Source: Candidatus Bipolaricaulia bacterium (GTDB lineage Bacteria > Bipolaricaulota > Bipolaricaulia > RBG-16-55-9). From it: DNA of 45,893 nucleotides. Shown one piece after another: positions 8,708 to 17,416 of this stretch. The stretch spans positions 1-45,893 of the forward strand of contig JBDGQO010000063.1 in assembly GCA_042219045.1 (NCBI GenBank), given 5' to 3'. Below the pieces are notes generated by a model. That model was not told the origin of the DNA. It saw nothing but the letters and a program-made list of their open reading frames with translations, and did not search any database. Position 1 is the stretch's first letter; each line of letters starts with the position of its first letter. Both the position numbers and the translations under genes were made by a program.

Positions 8708-9277
8708 CTATGGCGGGCCTCGACTCTCGCCCCGAACCAGCGCGCCTGCCACCAGATGGGCCACGCGCAGTGGCTCCGGGACCTGGCTATGGATGCAGCA
8801 TTGCCGCAGCGTGGCATCGGCTTGTTCGAAGCTGAGCCCGACTCGCTGGACATAGAGCGTCCGCAAAAGCTCCATCGGGCCGAGCGCCTCGATCAAGCGC
8901 CACTTTCGCTCGCCGTCCGGGATGTGGGTCATCAGGGCGTCGCGGATTGCGTCAAAGTCTGGTGGGTGTCGAGCGACAATCAGCACGGGGACGTTGAGCG
9001 TCGCATGGAGCCGATGGGCGTCGACGACGTTGAACCCGGCAAAGGTGGCGCCTTGGAGCATGACCAACCGGACATGTTCCGCAAATTTGCCACCCGAGAC
9101 CGAGCGAACGATCGCGTCGGTGACGTCGGCACCGTCGCGCGCGATCTCGTCGACGACGACTCCGTCGAGGCGCTGGCCGGCGAAGACGGCTCCGACCAAC
9201 GGAACAGGATGAGCCTGGTTTTTTCGGAACGGGGCATCGTCGAATCCGATGGCGTTGGAGAGCACCAAGCCGGCCAT
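8708..9277 (-). CDS. DUF99 / UPF0215 family protein (endonuclease V-like)
   Basis: IGFDDAPF, DGADVT, GATFAGFNVVD, PEPLRVAHLVA. Confidence 0.85.
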   Translation of the reverse strand: MAGLVLSNAIGFDDAPFRKNQAHPVPLVGAVFAGQRLDGVVVDEIARDGADVTDAIVRSVSGGKFAEHVRLVMLQGATFAGFNVVDAHRLHATLNVPVLIVARHPPDFDAIRDALMTHIPDGERKWRLIEALGPMELLRTLYVQRVGLSFEQADATLRQCCIHSQVPEPLRVAHLVAGALVRGESRGPP

Positions 9278-9317
9278 GACGGAGGTCGCGCGATCAGATC
9301 GCGATGGCGGACCGGCC

Positions 9318-9764
9318 TCAACCCATGAAGTGGTCTTCCGTGTCGCCCCAGATCGTCTGGAGGTAGGCGAGCTGGCCCCAGTGGTAGCCGACGTGGGCCG
9401 ACGGTATGCTTAGAATGCGCTTCATGGGCATCGAACCGCCACCTCCCGTCTCAACCGTCTCTTCCAGCCGCTCGTCGGGGACGCTGGCGATCGTCTGGCT
9501 GAGCCGGTCGCAGCTCGTCTGAAACACTTGTAGCGCTTTCTGGAACGAATCGGCCGAGGAGGGATCGTAGTCGGGCACGTCCTCGCCGAGCATGCGGCCC
9601 ATGGCGGCGTTGGACTCGGTGCAGTGATCGACGATCTCGCGGGCGGACATGGCCGTTTCCGCGGGCCTGTCGTCGGCTTTCTCTTCCGGGATCGCCTCGG
9701 CCGTCTTGACGAAAAAGTCGGCCTGCGCTTGGAGCCGACGGCCTTCGAGGTCTTGGAAGTTCAT
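9318..9764 (-). CDS. DinB-family protein
   Basis: MSAREIVDH and HVGYHWGQL His triad pattern. Confidence 0.85.
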   Translation of the reverse strand: MNFQDLEGRRLQAQADFFVKTAEAIPEEKADDRPAETAMSAREIVDHCTESNAAMGRMLGEDVPDYDPSSADSFQKALQVFQTSCDRLSQTIASVPDERLEETVETGGGGSMPMKRILSIPSAHVGYHWGQLAYLQTIWGDTEDHFMG

Positions 9765-9800
9765 AACTCACTCCTTTGCGACGGTTGATCCGTTGTTCTG

Positions 9801-10781
9801 CTAATTGTGGCCAAGGATTTCATGCGGCACATACGGCGCTTCCAGGTGTTCGATTTCGTCGTCGGAGAGGTCAATGCCCAGCGCGTCGACGGCCTGGTCG
9901 AGATGGGACATCTGGCTTGCGCCGATGATCGGGGAGGTGACGTAGGGCTTGTGCAGCATCCAGGCCAGCGCGATCTGGGCTGGGGTCGCGCCGTGCTCAT
10001 CGGCCGTCTCCACGACGCGATCGACCACTTGGAAATCCTCCTCGCGATAATACATGCGGTGGGCCATCGGATCGTTTTTCGCTCGGGCTGTCTGACCGGC
10101 ATCTTCCCTCGAGCGATTGCCCGCCAGAAAGCCTCGTGCCAGCGGACTCCAGGGAATGATGCCGATGCCCTGATCCTCGCAGAGCGGGATCACCTCCCGC
10201 TCCTCCTCGCGATAGATGAGATTGTAGTGGTTCTGCATCGACACGAACCGGCTCCAACCGTTCAAGTCGGACGTATAGAGCGCCTTCGCAAGCTGCCAGG
10301 CGAACATGCTGGAAGCCCCGATGTAACGAGCCTTGCCCGCTTTGACGACGTCGTGAAGCGCTTCGAGCGTCTCCTCGACGGGCGTCCCGTAATCCCAGCG
10401 GTGGATCTGATAGAGGTCGACGTGGTCGGTGCCAAGACGCCGGAGGGAGTTGTCGATGCTTGTCATGATGTGCTTGCGCGACAGCCCCGTGTCGTTCGGA
10501 TCGTCGCTCATCGGCATGTAGACCTTGGTGGCGATGACGACGTTGTCCCGATGGGTCATCTCGCGCAGCGCCCGGCCGGTCACTTCCTCGCTTACGCCGA
10601 GCGAGTACATGTCGGCCGTGTCGAAAAAGTTGATGTCGTGTTCCAGTGCCCGCTCAAAGAACGGCCGGCTTTGGTTCTCGTCGAGCACCCAGTCGCGCCA
10701 CTCGGGGGTGCCGTAGGTCATGCAGCCGAGACAGAGACGTGAGACCTTCAGTCCCGTGTTGCCGAGGTTGGCGTAGTCCAT
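9801..10781 (-). CDS. Aldo/keto reductase (YajO-like)
   Basis: LCLGCM, FDTADMY, IATKV, DLYQIHR, GKARYIGAS, WSPLARG. Confidence 0.95.
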   Translation of the reverse strand: MDYANLGNTGLKVSRLCLGCMTYGTPEWRDWVLDENQSRPFFERALEHDINFFDTADMYSLGVSEEVTGRALREMTHRDNVVIATKVYMPMSDDPNDTGLSRKHIMTSIDNSLRRLGTDHVDLYQIHRWDYGTPVEETLEALHDVVKAGKARYIGASSMFAWQLAKALYTSDLNGWSRFVSMQNHYNLIYREEEREVIPLCEDQGIGIIPWSPLARGFLAGNRSREDAGQTARAKNDPMAHRMYYREEDFQVVDRVVETADEHGATPAQIALAWMLHKPYVTSPIIGASQMSHLDQAVDALGIDLSDDEIEHLEAPYVPHEILGHN

Positions 10782-10830
10782 GCCGTCACTCCTTTATGCG
10801 TTGGAGGCTAACATGCTCGTCAGTCGCCCG

Positions 10831-12027
10831 CTAAGCATACGCACCGGCGACAACCGTGTTCGCGATCTGTCCTTGAAAAGAGAGTCCATCGTACGGCGTC
10901 CAGCCGCACCTGGAACGAACGACGGCGTCCGAGAACTGACGCTGAGATTGAGGATCCACGATGGTCAAGCGGGCCGGGCGGTCCTCGGCAATGGTGCCAT
11001 GATGGGGCAAATCGAACCGATCAGCAGGCTTGCTGGAGACGCACTCGACCAAGCGCCCCAGGCTGAGTCGATGCCGGGAAACGCCGTCGAGCAGAATGGG
11101 CATCGTCGTCTCCAAGCCGGGTAGGCCGAACGGCGCTTGGCCAAACGGCGGGCCCTTTTCGTGTAACGTGTGCGGCGCGTGGTCGCTGGCCACGATGTCA
11201 ATGATCCCGTCGGCGAGCGCATGCCAGAGGAAGTCCCGGTCTTCAGGGGTTGCCAAGGGCGGGTTGACCTTCAGTCTGGGCCCCTTCTGGCGCACGTCGT
11301 CCGCGCTGAAGACGAGGTAATGCGGACACGTCTCGATCGTGACGTCGATGCCATCGTCTCGTGCTTCGTCGGCCAGCTCGACCCCCGCCTGCGTCCGAAC
11401 GTGGCACAGGTGCAGTTTGGTGCCCGTCTGCACGGCATGCTCAAGCGCCGTCTCCAGATCGGCCGCCTCCGACGATGAGCCGAGCCGTTGGGCATGAACC
11501 GCGAGCACCAGCTCCGTGTCAGCGACCCGTTTGAAGGCCTCACGCTGCGTCTTGGGGTCACCGATGACCAAACCGCCTGTCGTCTCGCCCATGTAGAGTT
11601 TGAACCCAATGATTCCTCGCTCTCGGGCGAGTCTCGGAACCTCGCTCAGCTTGTCGGGGCTGATGCCAGCGAAGAGGCCGTAATCAATGGGCGTGGCCTG
11701 CGCGCGTCGCCGCTGTTCGCGGATCATCTCAACCGTCGTGATCGGCGGATCGGTGTTCGGCATGGCCAAGACGGCCGTCACGCCGCCGGCCAACGCAGCT
11801 TGCCCGGCCGTCAGCCAGGTCTCCTTGCGGCTTTCGTTGAAATCGCGGATGTGGACGTGGGCATCGACGATGCCGGGCAGGATGATGTGGCCCGAGGCGT
11901 CGATCACGTCCTCAGCGTCGACGTCGATCTGTGGGGCCAGTTCGTGGATGCCGTCCTCGTCGAACGCGATGTCGAGACGAGCAAGCTCGCCGTTGACGAA
12001 GACAGTCCCGCCTCGGATCAGTCTCAT
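10831..12027 (-). CDS. pyrC: Dihydroorotase
   Basis: DAHVH, MPNT, FKLYM, KVNPPL, SDHAPH; start MRLIRGG at 12027 overlaps the pyrD stop (ATGA). Confidence 0.88.
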   Translation of the reverse strand: MRLIRGGTVFVNGELARLDIAFDEDGIHELAPQIDVDAEDVIDASGHIILPGIVDAHVHIRDFNESRKETWLTAGQAALAGGVTAVLAMPNTDPPITTVEMIREQRRRAQATPIDYGLFAGISPDKLSEVPRLARERGIIGFKLYMGETTGGLVIGDPKTQREAFKRVADTELVLAVHAQRLGSSSEAADLETALEHAVQTGTKLHLCHVRTQAGVELADEARDDGIDVTIETCPHYLVFSADDVRQKGPRLKVNPPLATPEDRDFLWHALADGIIDIVASDHAPHTLHEKGPPFGQAPFGLPGLETTMPILLDGVSRHRLSLGRLVECVSSKPADRFDLPHHGTIAEDRPARLTIVDPQSQRQFSDAVVRSRCGWTPYDGLSFQGQIANTVVAGAYA

Positions 12028-13022
12028 GGCGGGGCGTCTTGGACCTGTCCGATGATCTCGTCCACGGATTGGTGACCGTGGATGGCCAGCCAGTCGTCGA
12101 TCCCTTCCCAAAGCATTCGGAAGGCGTCGGGCCCTTCCCACGCAAGCACCGTGCCGATCTGGACCGCGGACGCGCCGGCCAAGAAGTGCTTGATCGCGTC
12201 CTCCGGGTGGTCCACTCCGCCGCAACCCCAGACGGCAATATTGGCCCCTTGAGAACGGAAATAGCGGGCGAAGCGATGAACTTCCGCCAAGGCGATCGGC
12301 AGAATCGCCGGGCCGCCGAGACCGCCGTACCCCTCGCGCGGGCGAATCACCTTCTGCCGGGTCTCGAGGTCGATGTCCATCGCGTTCGGCTCGGAGTTCA
12401 TCGTGACGACCGCGTCGACGTTCAGCTCAACAAGCAACGACGCCACGTCCGCGAACAAGGGGAGATCGTTGTTGTAGGGCGGCAGCTTGACGGCCACGGG
12501 CACTTCGACGTCATCCAAGAGGGGCGTCAGAATGGATCGGATCTGAGTTGGATCGTTGGCAATCGGAACCCCCGTGAGGTTGGGCGTGGAGAGGTTGACC
12601 TCCAGCGCATCCGCGCCCGCCTCGGCCATGGCGCGGGCCATGACGAGGTAATGATCCGCCATCGGCAGGTCGTGATCACACGGCGCGTACGAGAGACTGG
12701 CGATCACGGGTTTTCCGTAGTGACTCAGCTCCGCGACGAGCTCGGCGTAGTCGCGGTAGCCGAGGTTGTTGAGCCCCATGGCGTTGATGGAGCCGAACCC
12801 GTCCATGGCGTACGGCGCCCAGCGCGGCTCCGGGTTTCCCTCCCGCGGACAATGGGTCATCGACTTGGTGACGACCGCCCCGCTTCCAGATTGGGCGATC
12901 TCGAGCAGGTCATGGCGAGTGACCGAATGCGGGCCGGCGGCGTTGACGAGCGGAGGCCAGAGGGACAGGACGCTCATGGCTAATGGAGTATAGGTCCGAT
13001 CGGTCAGCTCGGACAAGAGCAC
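12024..13022 (-). CDS. pyrD: Dihydroorotate dehydrogenase, class 1A-like
   Basis: VTKS, GNPEPR, INAMGL, NLSTPN, KLPPY, GGLGG, GASAVQIGT; coupled to pyrC. Confidence 0.88.
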   Translation of the reverse strand: MLLSELTDRTYTPLAMSVLSLWPPLVNAAGPHSVTRHDLLEIAQSGSGAVVTKSMTHCPREGNPEPRWAPYAMDGFGSINAMGLNNLGYRDYAELVAELSHYGKPVIASLSYAPCDHDLPMADHYLVMARAMAEAGADALEVNLSTPNLTGVPIANDPTQIRSILTPLLDDVEVPVAVKLPPYNNDLPLFADVASLLVELNVDAVVTMNSEPNAMDIDLETRQKVIRPREGYGGLGGPAILPIALAEVHRFARYFRSQGANIAVWGCGGVDHPEDAIKHFLAGASAVQIGTVLAWEGPDAFRMLWEGIDDWLAIHGHQSVDEIIGQVQDAPP

Positions 13023-13030
13023 ATGAAAAC

Positions 13031-13305
13031 GCGGCCCATGCGGATCCCGTCGGGGCCCTCCTCCGGGCGCGATCCGGACAGCCAGCTCGGGCCAAGGGAT
13101 CCTCTAGCACCCGCAGGGACTCGCTTACCGCTGCTCCCTTCCGGGCCTGACGGGGTTCACGAGTGTGCGCCGTAGAGGGCTCGGCCGTCGTCACCGCTTG
13201 CCCGAACGCGCTTCCCCAAGGTCGGGCCTCTCGGGTGACCCATAGACTCCGCTGTAGCGGATTGCGGAGAAAGGGGACCGCTAGCCCCCCGCTTGCATGG
13301 GCCGC
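13031..13305 (-). ncRNA. ffs: Large (Alu-domain) bacterial SRP RNA
   Basis: Domain IV CCGTCAGGCCCGGAAGGGAGCAGCGG; Alu-like 5' part GCGGGGGGCTAGCGGTCCCC...GCAATCCGCTA; 11-bp terminal helix GCGGCCCATGC/GCATGGGCCGC; 275 nt. Confidence 0.92.
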
Positions 13306-13311
13306 ACCCTT

Positions 13312-13340
13312 AGCATACTTCCTGGCAACCAGCGTGTCAA
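13312..13340 (-). promoter_or_regulatory. Sigma70-type promoter of SRP RNA
   Basis: TTGACA-17 nt-TATGCT, ending 6 nt before the RNA. Confidence 0.8.
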
Positions 13341-13405
13341 CGGATAATCCCAACAATTGGGAAGATCGGATTTCCCAGTCGAGAGGTGAACGTTGGAGCG
13401 AGGCG

Positions 13406-13497
<92 letters not shown>

Positions 13498-13510
13498 AGA
13501 CGTTGACGTG

Positions 13511-13539
13511 ATTCTAGGCCTCACGCGGAGAAGTGTCAA
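13511..13539 (-). promoter_or_regulatory. Sigma70-type promoter of tRNA-Ser(GCT)
   Basis: TTGACA-17 nt-TAGAAT. Confidence 0.75.
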
Positions 13540-13669
13540 CTTGCCGCGGCTCAAACTCAGGGACCCAAGGCCGATGCTCGCAATTCCAATGGCCAACCTG
13601 AAACTTTGACGGTAGGAAGGTTAGCGCCGCGGGCGTCGACTTGGACTGTTAAGACGTTGATGAACGCGG

Positions 13670-13752
13670 CGGAGGGAGGGGGATTCGAACCCCCGGGGCT
13701 TGCGCCCTGCGGTTTTCAAGACCGCTGCCTTCGTCCGCTCGGCCATCCCTCC
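13670..13752 (-). tRNA. tRNA-Ser(TGA), CCA not encoded
   Basis: GGAGGGA/TCCCTCC acceptor, GCGGT-CT-TGA-AA-ACCGC arm, variable arm; 3' end reads G-CCG. Confidence 0.95.
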
Positions 13753-13765
13753 TCGATTGTTGCGT

Positions 13766-13794
13766 ATTGTAGACCTCGTCCAGTCCCGGCTCAA
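13766..13794 (-). promoter_or_regulatory. Putative promoter of tRNA-Ser(TGA)
   Basis: TTGAGC-17 nt-TACAAT. Confidence 0.55.
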
Positions 13795-14000
13795 ATGGGG
13801 CCTCGCAACCCCGTTTCTTCTCGAGCTGGGGCGCGATATTCGATGGCGCTAAACGACGACCTGGCCCGCCGACGCGTCGCAAATGTCCAGTCACAGCGTT
13901 ACAATTGAGTTGACGCTCTCCACTCTGCCTGAGTACCATCAACCCAGCTCACGCACAGAGCGCACCGCGCTGGAGATCAATTCAAGGAGGAAGACGACGC

Positions 14001-14405
14001 ATGGATCGCATCTTCGTGATCGTCGCCATCTTGGCCGGCCTGGCCCTGCTTGGCGTTGCCCTATTCCTGCCCGGTGGCGGTGCCACTGGGAACAGCAGCA
14101 CCGGACCCGCGCAAACCTCCGCGAACATCGCGATGCAGAACCAATCGTTCAGCCCCGATCGCGTCACGCTGAAGCACGGCCGGGTCAAGCTCGTGCTGAC
14201 GAACGAATCCGACGTGTTGCACCAGATCGAGCTCTACGATCCCGTCAGCGATCGGGTCATCCACAGCGAGGACGTTATTCGCCCCGGCGAGAGCAAGACG
14301 ATCTGGGTCAACCTGCAAGGGGGCGTAATCGGCGAGCGCCGCTACAAGCTCTACGACCCGGTATTCCGCAAGAAGGGCATGGAAGCGGTGTTGATCGTCC
14401 GTTGA
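14001..14405 (+). CDS. Membrane-anchored cupredoxin-like protein lacking the Cu-ligand Cys
   Basis: N-terminal TM; FSPDRVTLK..V.LVLTN...LHQI, IRPGES, LYDPVFRKKGM; AAGGAGG RBS. Confidence 0.75.
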   Translation: MDRIFVIVAILAGLALLGVALFLPGGGATGNSSTGPAQTSANIAMQNQSFSPDRVTLKHGRVKLVLTNESDVLHQIELYDPVSDRVIHSEDVIRPGESKTIWVNLQGGVIGERRYKLYDPVFRKKGMEAVLIVR

Positions 14406-14424
14406 GCGTGATCGGTTCCGATGA

Positions 14425-15516
14425 TCAAGCAGCCGCGGTTACGGTGGGCTTGAGCGCTTCGGCAATCGTGCCCCCGCCCAGGACGTATTCACCCTGATAG
14501 AAGACGGCGACTTGCCCCGGCGTGACCGCACGCTGGGGCTTGTCAAATTCGACAGCCACTCGCCTAGGACAGCCCGTTGGCTCAAGCGTGCAGGGTTCAG
14601 GGTCGCTGCGATAGCGGATTTTGACCTCGGCCCGTGTGGGCTTGGCCAACCCACCCGGATGGATGAAACAGGCGTCCTCCGCGATCAATCCCTCCGACAT
14701 CAATAGCGCTTCCGGTCCCACGATCAGCCGATTGGCCTCGCGGTCCTTGTCGACAACGTAGACCGGCTCGCCGACGCTGACGCCGAGCCCACGGCGCTGG
14801 CCGATCGTGTAATACGGCAGTCCGTCATGGTGGCCGAGGACGGTGCCCTCCGTGTCGACGATCTCGCCCGGCTGCATCGCGCCGTTGGCGCGATCCTTCA
14901 AAAACTGGCGCGCGTCTCCGTTGGGGAGGAAACAGAGGTCCTGGCTCTCCGGCTTGCGGGCTGAGATCAGGTCGTTGTCGTAGGCGATCTTCCAGACCTC
15001 GCGCTTGTCGTAATCGCCAATGGGGACCATAAGCCGCGACAGTTCGTCTTGCCCCAGCATGTACAGAAAATATCCCTGGTCTTTTTGGGCATCGTGGCCC
15101 TTCAGGAGCTGATAGGTGCCATCGTCGGCTTGGCGGATGCGGATGTGGTGGCCGGTGGCGACGTAGTCGCAACCGAGTCGGTCGGCGAGCTCGATCAGCT
15201 TGGGCACGCGGACGAAGCGATTGCACTTGGCACAGGGCAACGGCGTCATTCCGGCCGCGGACTCCTCGATAAACGGGTCAACGACGGCCTCCTTGAACGC
15301 CTGGCCCTCATCGACGACGTGGTGCTCGATGCCCAGTTGATGCGTAATCATGCGGACTTCAAGCGAGCAGCACTCGTTGTAGGGCTCGGTCCGGCCCTCG
15401 TAGGACCAGAGGTTGAGCGTAGCTCCCACGACGTCATAGCCCTGCTCTAGCAGCAGCAGGGCTGCCACGGAGCTGTCCACGCCGCCGCTCATCGCTGCCA
15501 ACACTCGCGTGCTCAT
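14425..15516 (-). CDS. mnmA: tRNA 2-thiouridine(34) synthase, CxxC-type
   Basis: SGGVDS PP-loop, PCAKCN, KDQGYFL, ESQDLCF, YTIGQRRG, PGQ. Confidence 0.96.
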   Translation of the reverse strand: MSTRVLAAMSGGVDSSVAALLLLEQGYDVVGATLNLWSYEGRTEPYNECCSLEVRMITHQLGIEHHVVDEGQAFKEAVVDPFIEESAAGMTPLPCAKCNRFVRVPKLIELADRLGCDYVATGHHIRIRQADDGTYQLLKGHDAQKDQGYFLYMLGQDELSRLMVPIGDYDKREVWKIAYDNDLISARKPESQDLCFLPNGDARQFLKDRANGAMQPGEIVDTEGTVLGHHDGLPYYTIGQRRGLGVSVGEPVYVVDKDREANRLIVGPEALLMSEGLIAEDACFIHPGGLAKPTRAEVKIRYRSDPEPCTLEPTGCPRRVAVEFDKPQRAVTPGQVAVFYQGEYVLGGGTIAEALKPTVTAAA

Positions 15517-15590
15517 GGTGCAATCACGATCCATTGACGAATCACGTAATGGTAACGACCGAAGACGCCAAGTTCATGCCAACACGCAGG

Positions 15591-15619
15591 TTGACACGCG
15601 TGCTGCCGCCACGTATAAC
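15591..15619 (+). promoter_or_regulatory. Sigma70-type promoter
   Basis: TTGACA-17 nt-TATAAC directly before the GGAGGA RBS of 15630. Confidence 0.7.
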
Positions 15620-15629
15620 GGAGGACAGC

Positions 15630-16196
15630 ATGAAGAATCCGTTCATCCTGTTGCTGATCATCATCGGCGTTGGCCTCGCCGGCCTCGCGGCGTTTGTGGT
15701 CCTGCAGCCGGGCGAGACGCCACCCGAGGCGTCGAGCGCCGAGCAGGCCACCTCCTCCACGGACGCCGACCAGCAGAACGCGCTGATTCCCGACTCGCTC
15801 CCCGGCTTCAAGGCCCAGTCCATCGAGCGGGCCGAGCCGTCTTTCGAGGGCGAGCTCTTTTCCGTGCATGCTCAGTTCAAGCCGACACCCGAGTCCCCGT
15901 TTGCCGACGCTGTAGACAGCCTTGGGGTCTCGGTGTTCCGACTGAGCAACCCCGATGCCGGCGGACGGATCAAAAAAGTTCTCGCCATGGGCGAGACGAC
16001 GACCCAGACTGTGGCGGATCGGGACATTCAGGTCTTTGTGAACGACGGAGCGGGCTTGGCCGGTGCCCTCTGGCAAGAGGGCGTCGACGTCTATCTCGTC
16101 TTGGCCTCCGGCGCCTCCAACAACGACAGTGCCCAACAGCAAGCCCGAGAGGCGGTCCGGAGCGCCGCCGAAGCATTGCTGGGAGGTCAGAACTGA
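15630..16196 (+). CDS. Hypothetical membrane-anchored protein (188 aa)
   Basis: RBS GGAGGA; N-terminal hydrophobic helix MKNPFILLLIIIGVGLAGLAAFVVL; acidic soluble part. Confidence 0.75.
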   Translation: MKNPFILLLIIIGVGLAGLAAFVVLQPGETPPEASSAEQATSSTDADQQNALIPDSLPGFKAQSIERAEPSFEGELFSVHAQFKPTPESPFADAVDSLGVSVFRLSNPDAGGRIKKVLAMGETTTQTVADRDIQVFVNDGAGLAGALWQEGVDVYLVLASGASNNDSAQQQAREAVRSAAEALLGGQN

Positions 16197-16198
16197 GC

Positions 16199-17311
16199 AT
16201 GGCAACTGCACCCGTTGCGCAGGATCAGCCGATCACCAAGGACCCTCAGGAGGTCGCGCAGCTCTTCCGCGACATGGGACTCGTCGGCTCCGGCGGCGCC
16301 GGGTTCCCCACGTACTTCAAGTACCTCAATCCCACCCCGACGCTGATCGTCAACTGCGAAGAGGGCGAACCCGGCTACGAGGCGGACAAGCTACTGTTGA
16401 CGAGCTATCCCGATCGCTTCAAGGCGACGTTTGACGCCTTGGCGGAGATCTTCGGCTTCGAGGAGATCATCATCGGCGCCAAGGCCAAGGATCAGGAGAT
16501 GCTGGATCCCTTGAAGGAATCCCACGGCTTCGAGATCCAATACACCGACTCCATCTACGGCAACGGCGAGGAGCGCTGGCTCACCAAGGCGATCACGGGC
16601 GAGGAAGTCCCCGGCCGTGCCTTGCCCGCCAGCGTCGGCGTCACCGTCAACAACGTCGAGACGATCTACAACATGTATCGGGCGCTGTTCCACAACGAGC
16701 CCGTCATCGACAAGTACATCAACATCTATGGCGAAGTTCAGAACCCGCGGGTCTACTGCACGCCGTTGGGGACCTATACCATCGACCTCATGGCCCGTTC
16801 CGGCATCGACACCTCGCGCAGCCACAACCTCATGTGCATCGACGGCGGGCCCATGATGGGCGACATCGCGGATCTGCGCGTCCACGCCGTGCTGAAAAAG
16901 ACCAACGGCGTCCTCGTGACGGAGAAGGCGATCTACGTGGGCGATCAGGCCGAGTTTGCCACGCTGCCCGGCCAGGATCCGCCGACCTGGGACGACACGC
17001 TGCCGGAGGTCATGAAGAAGCTCGGCCTGCTGCGCTATCTCGACTGGCACCCCGAGCAGATCACCGTGCTGGGCAACGACGACATCCGGCGCGTCCGCGT
17101 CTTTTTGCAGCACGCGCTCACGCCGATCGTCAAAGCATCCATCCCGACGGTCGAGGTCGGCGACGAGGTCGAGCGCGGCCAGGTTGTGGCCAAGCCCCTG
17201 GATGGGCCCATCGGGGATATCAAGGCGCTCAGCGTCGCCCAACACGCCAGCATCGACGGCGTCGTGACCGAGGTCACCGACGCCTACATCGCCATCGAGC
17301 GAAACGCCTGA
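16199..17311 (+). CDS. PduS/RnfC/PrdC-like flavoprotein (NuoF-like domain, SLBB, C-terminal barrel-sandwich hybrid) without 4Fe-4S motifs
   Basis: GLVGSGGAGFPTYFK, IVNCEEGEPG, NNVET, GGPMMG, VEVGDEVERGQ...HASIDGVVTEV; start MATAP 2 nt after the previous stop. Confidence 0.8.
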   Translation: MATAPVAQDQPITKDPQEVAQLFRDMGLVGSGGAGFPTYFKYLNPTPTLIVNCEEGEPGYEADKLLLTSYPDRFKATFDALAEIFGFEEIIIGAKAKDQEMLDPLKESHGFEIQYTDSIYGNGEERWLTKAITGEEVPGRALPASVGVTVNNVETIYNMYRALFHNEPVIDKYINIYGEVQNPRVYCTPLGTYTIDLMARSGIDTSRSHNLMCIDGGPMMGDIADLRVHAVLKKTNGVLVTEKAIYVGDQAEFATLPGQDPPTWDDTLPEVMKKLGLLRYLDWHPEQITVLGNDDIRRVRVFLQHALTPIVKASIPTVEVGDEVERGQVVAKPLDGPIGDIKALSVAQHASIDGVVTEVTDAYIAIERNA

Positions 17312-17351
17312 CGAGTCGGCGTGAATTCCGAGATTTGCGCCTTTGTCCCGC

Positions 17352-17381
17352 TTGAAACGCATCTGCCCGACTGGCTATAAT
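17352..17381 (+). promoter_or_regulatory. Putative promoter of the lipA-dehydrogenase cluster
   Basis: TTGAAA-18 nt-TATAAT, then GGAGGAGG RBS. Confidence 0.55.
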
Positions 17382-17416
17382 CGCCCAATTACGCATTCTA
17401 TGGAGGAGGAACCCGG

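Noticed and set aside
12028..12225. N-terminal extension of pyrC in the ORF track
   Set aside because: Overlaps pyrD in another frame; MRLIRGG at 12027 gives a normal ATGA coupling.
15509..16198. 600-aa ORF 15509-17311 as one protein
   Set aside because: The first ~230 aa are an off-frame shadow of the 15630-16196 gene; recognisable motifs begin after ATG 16199.
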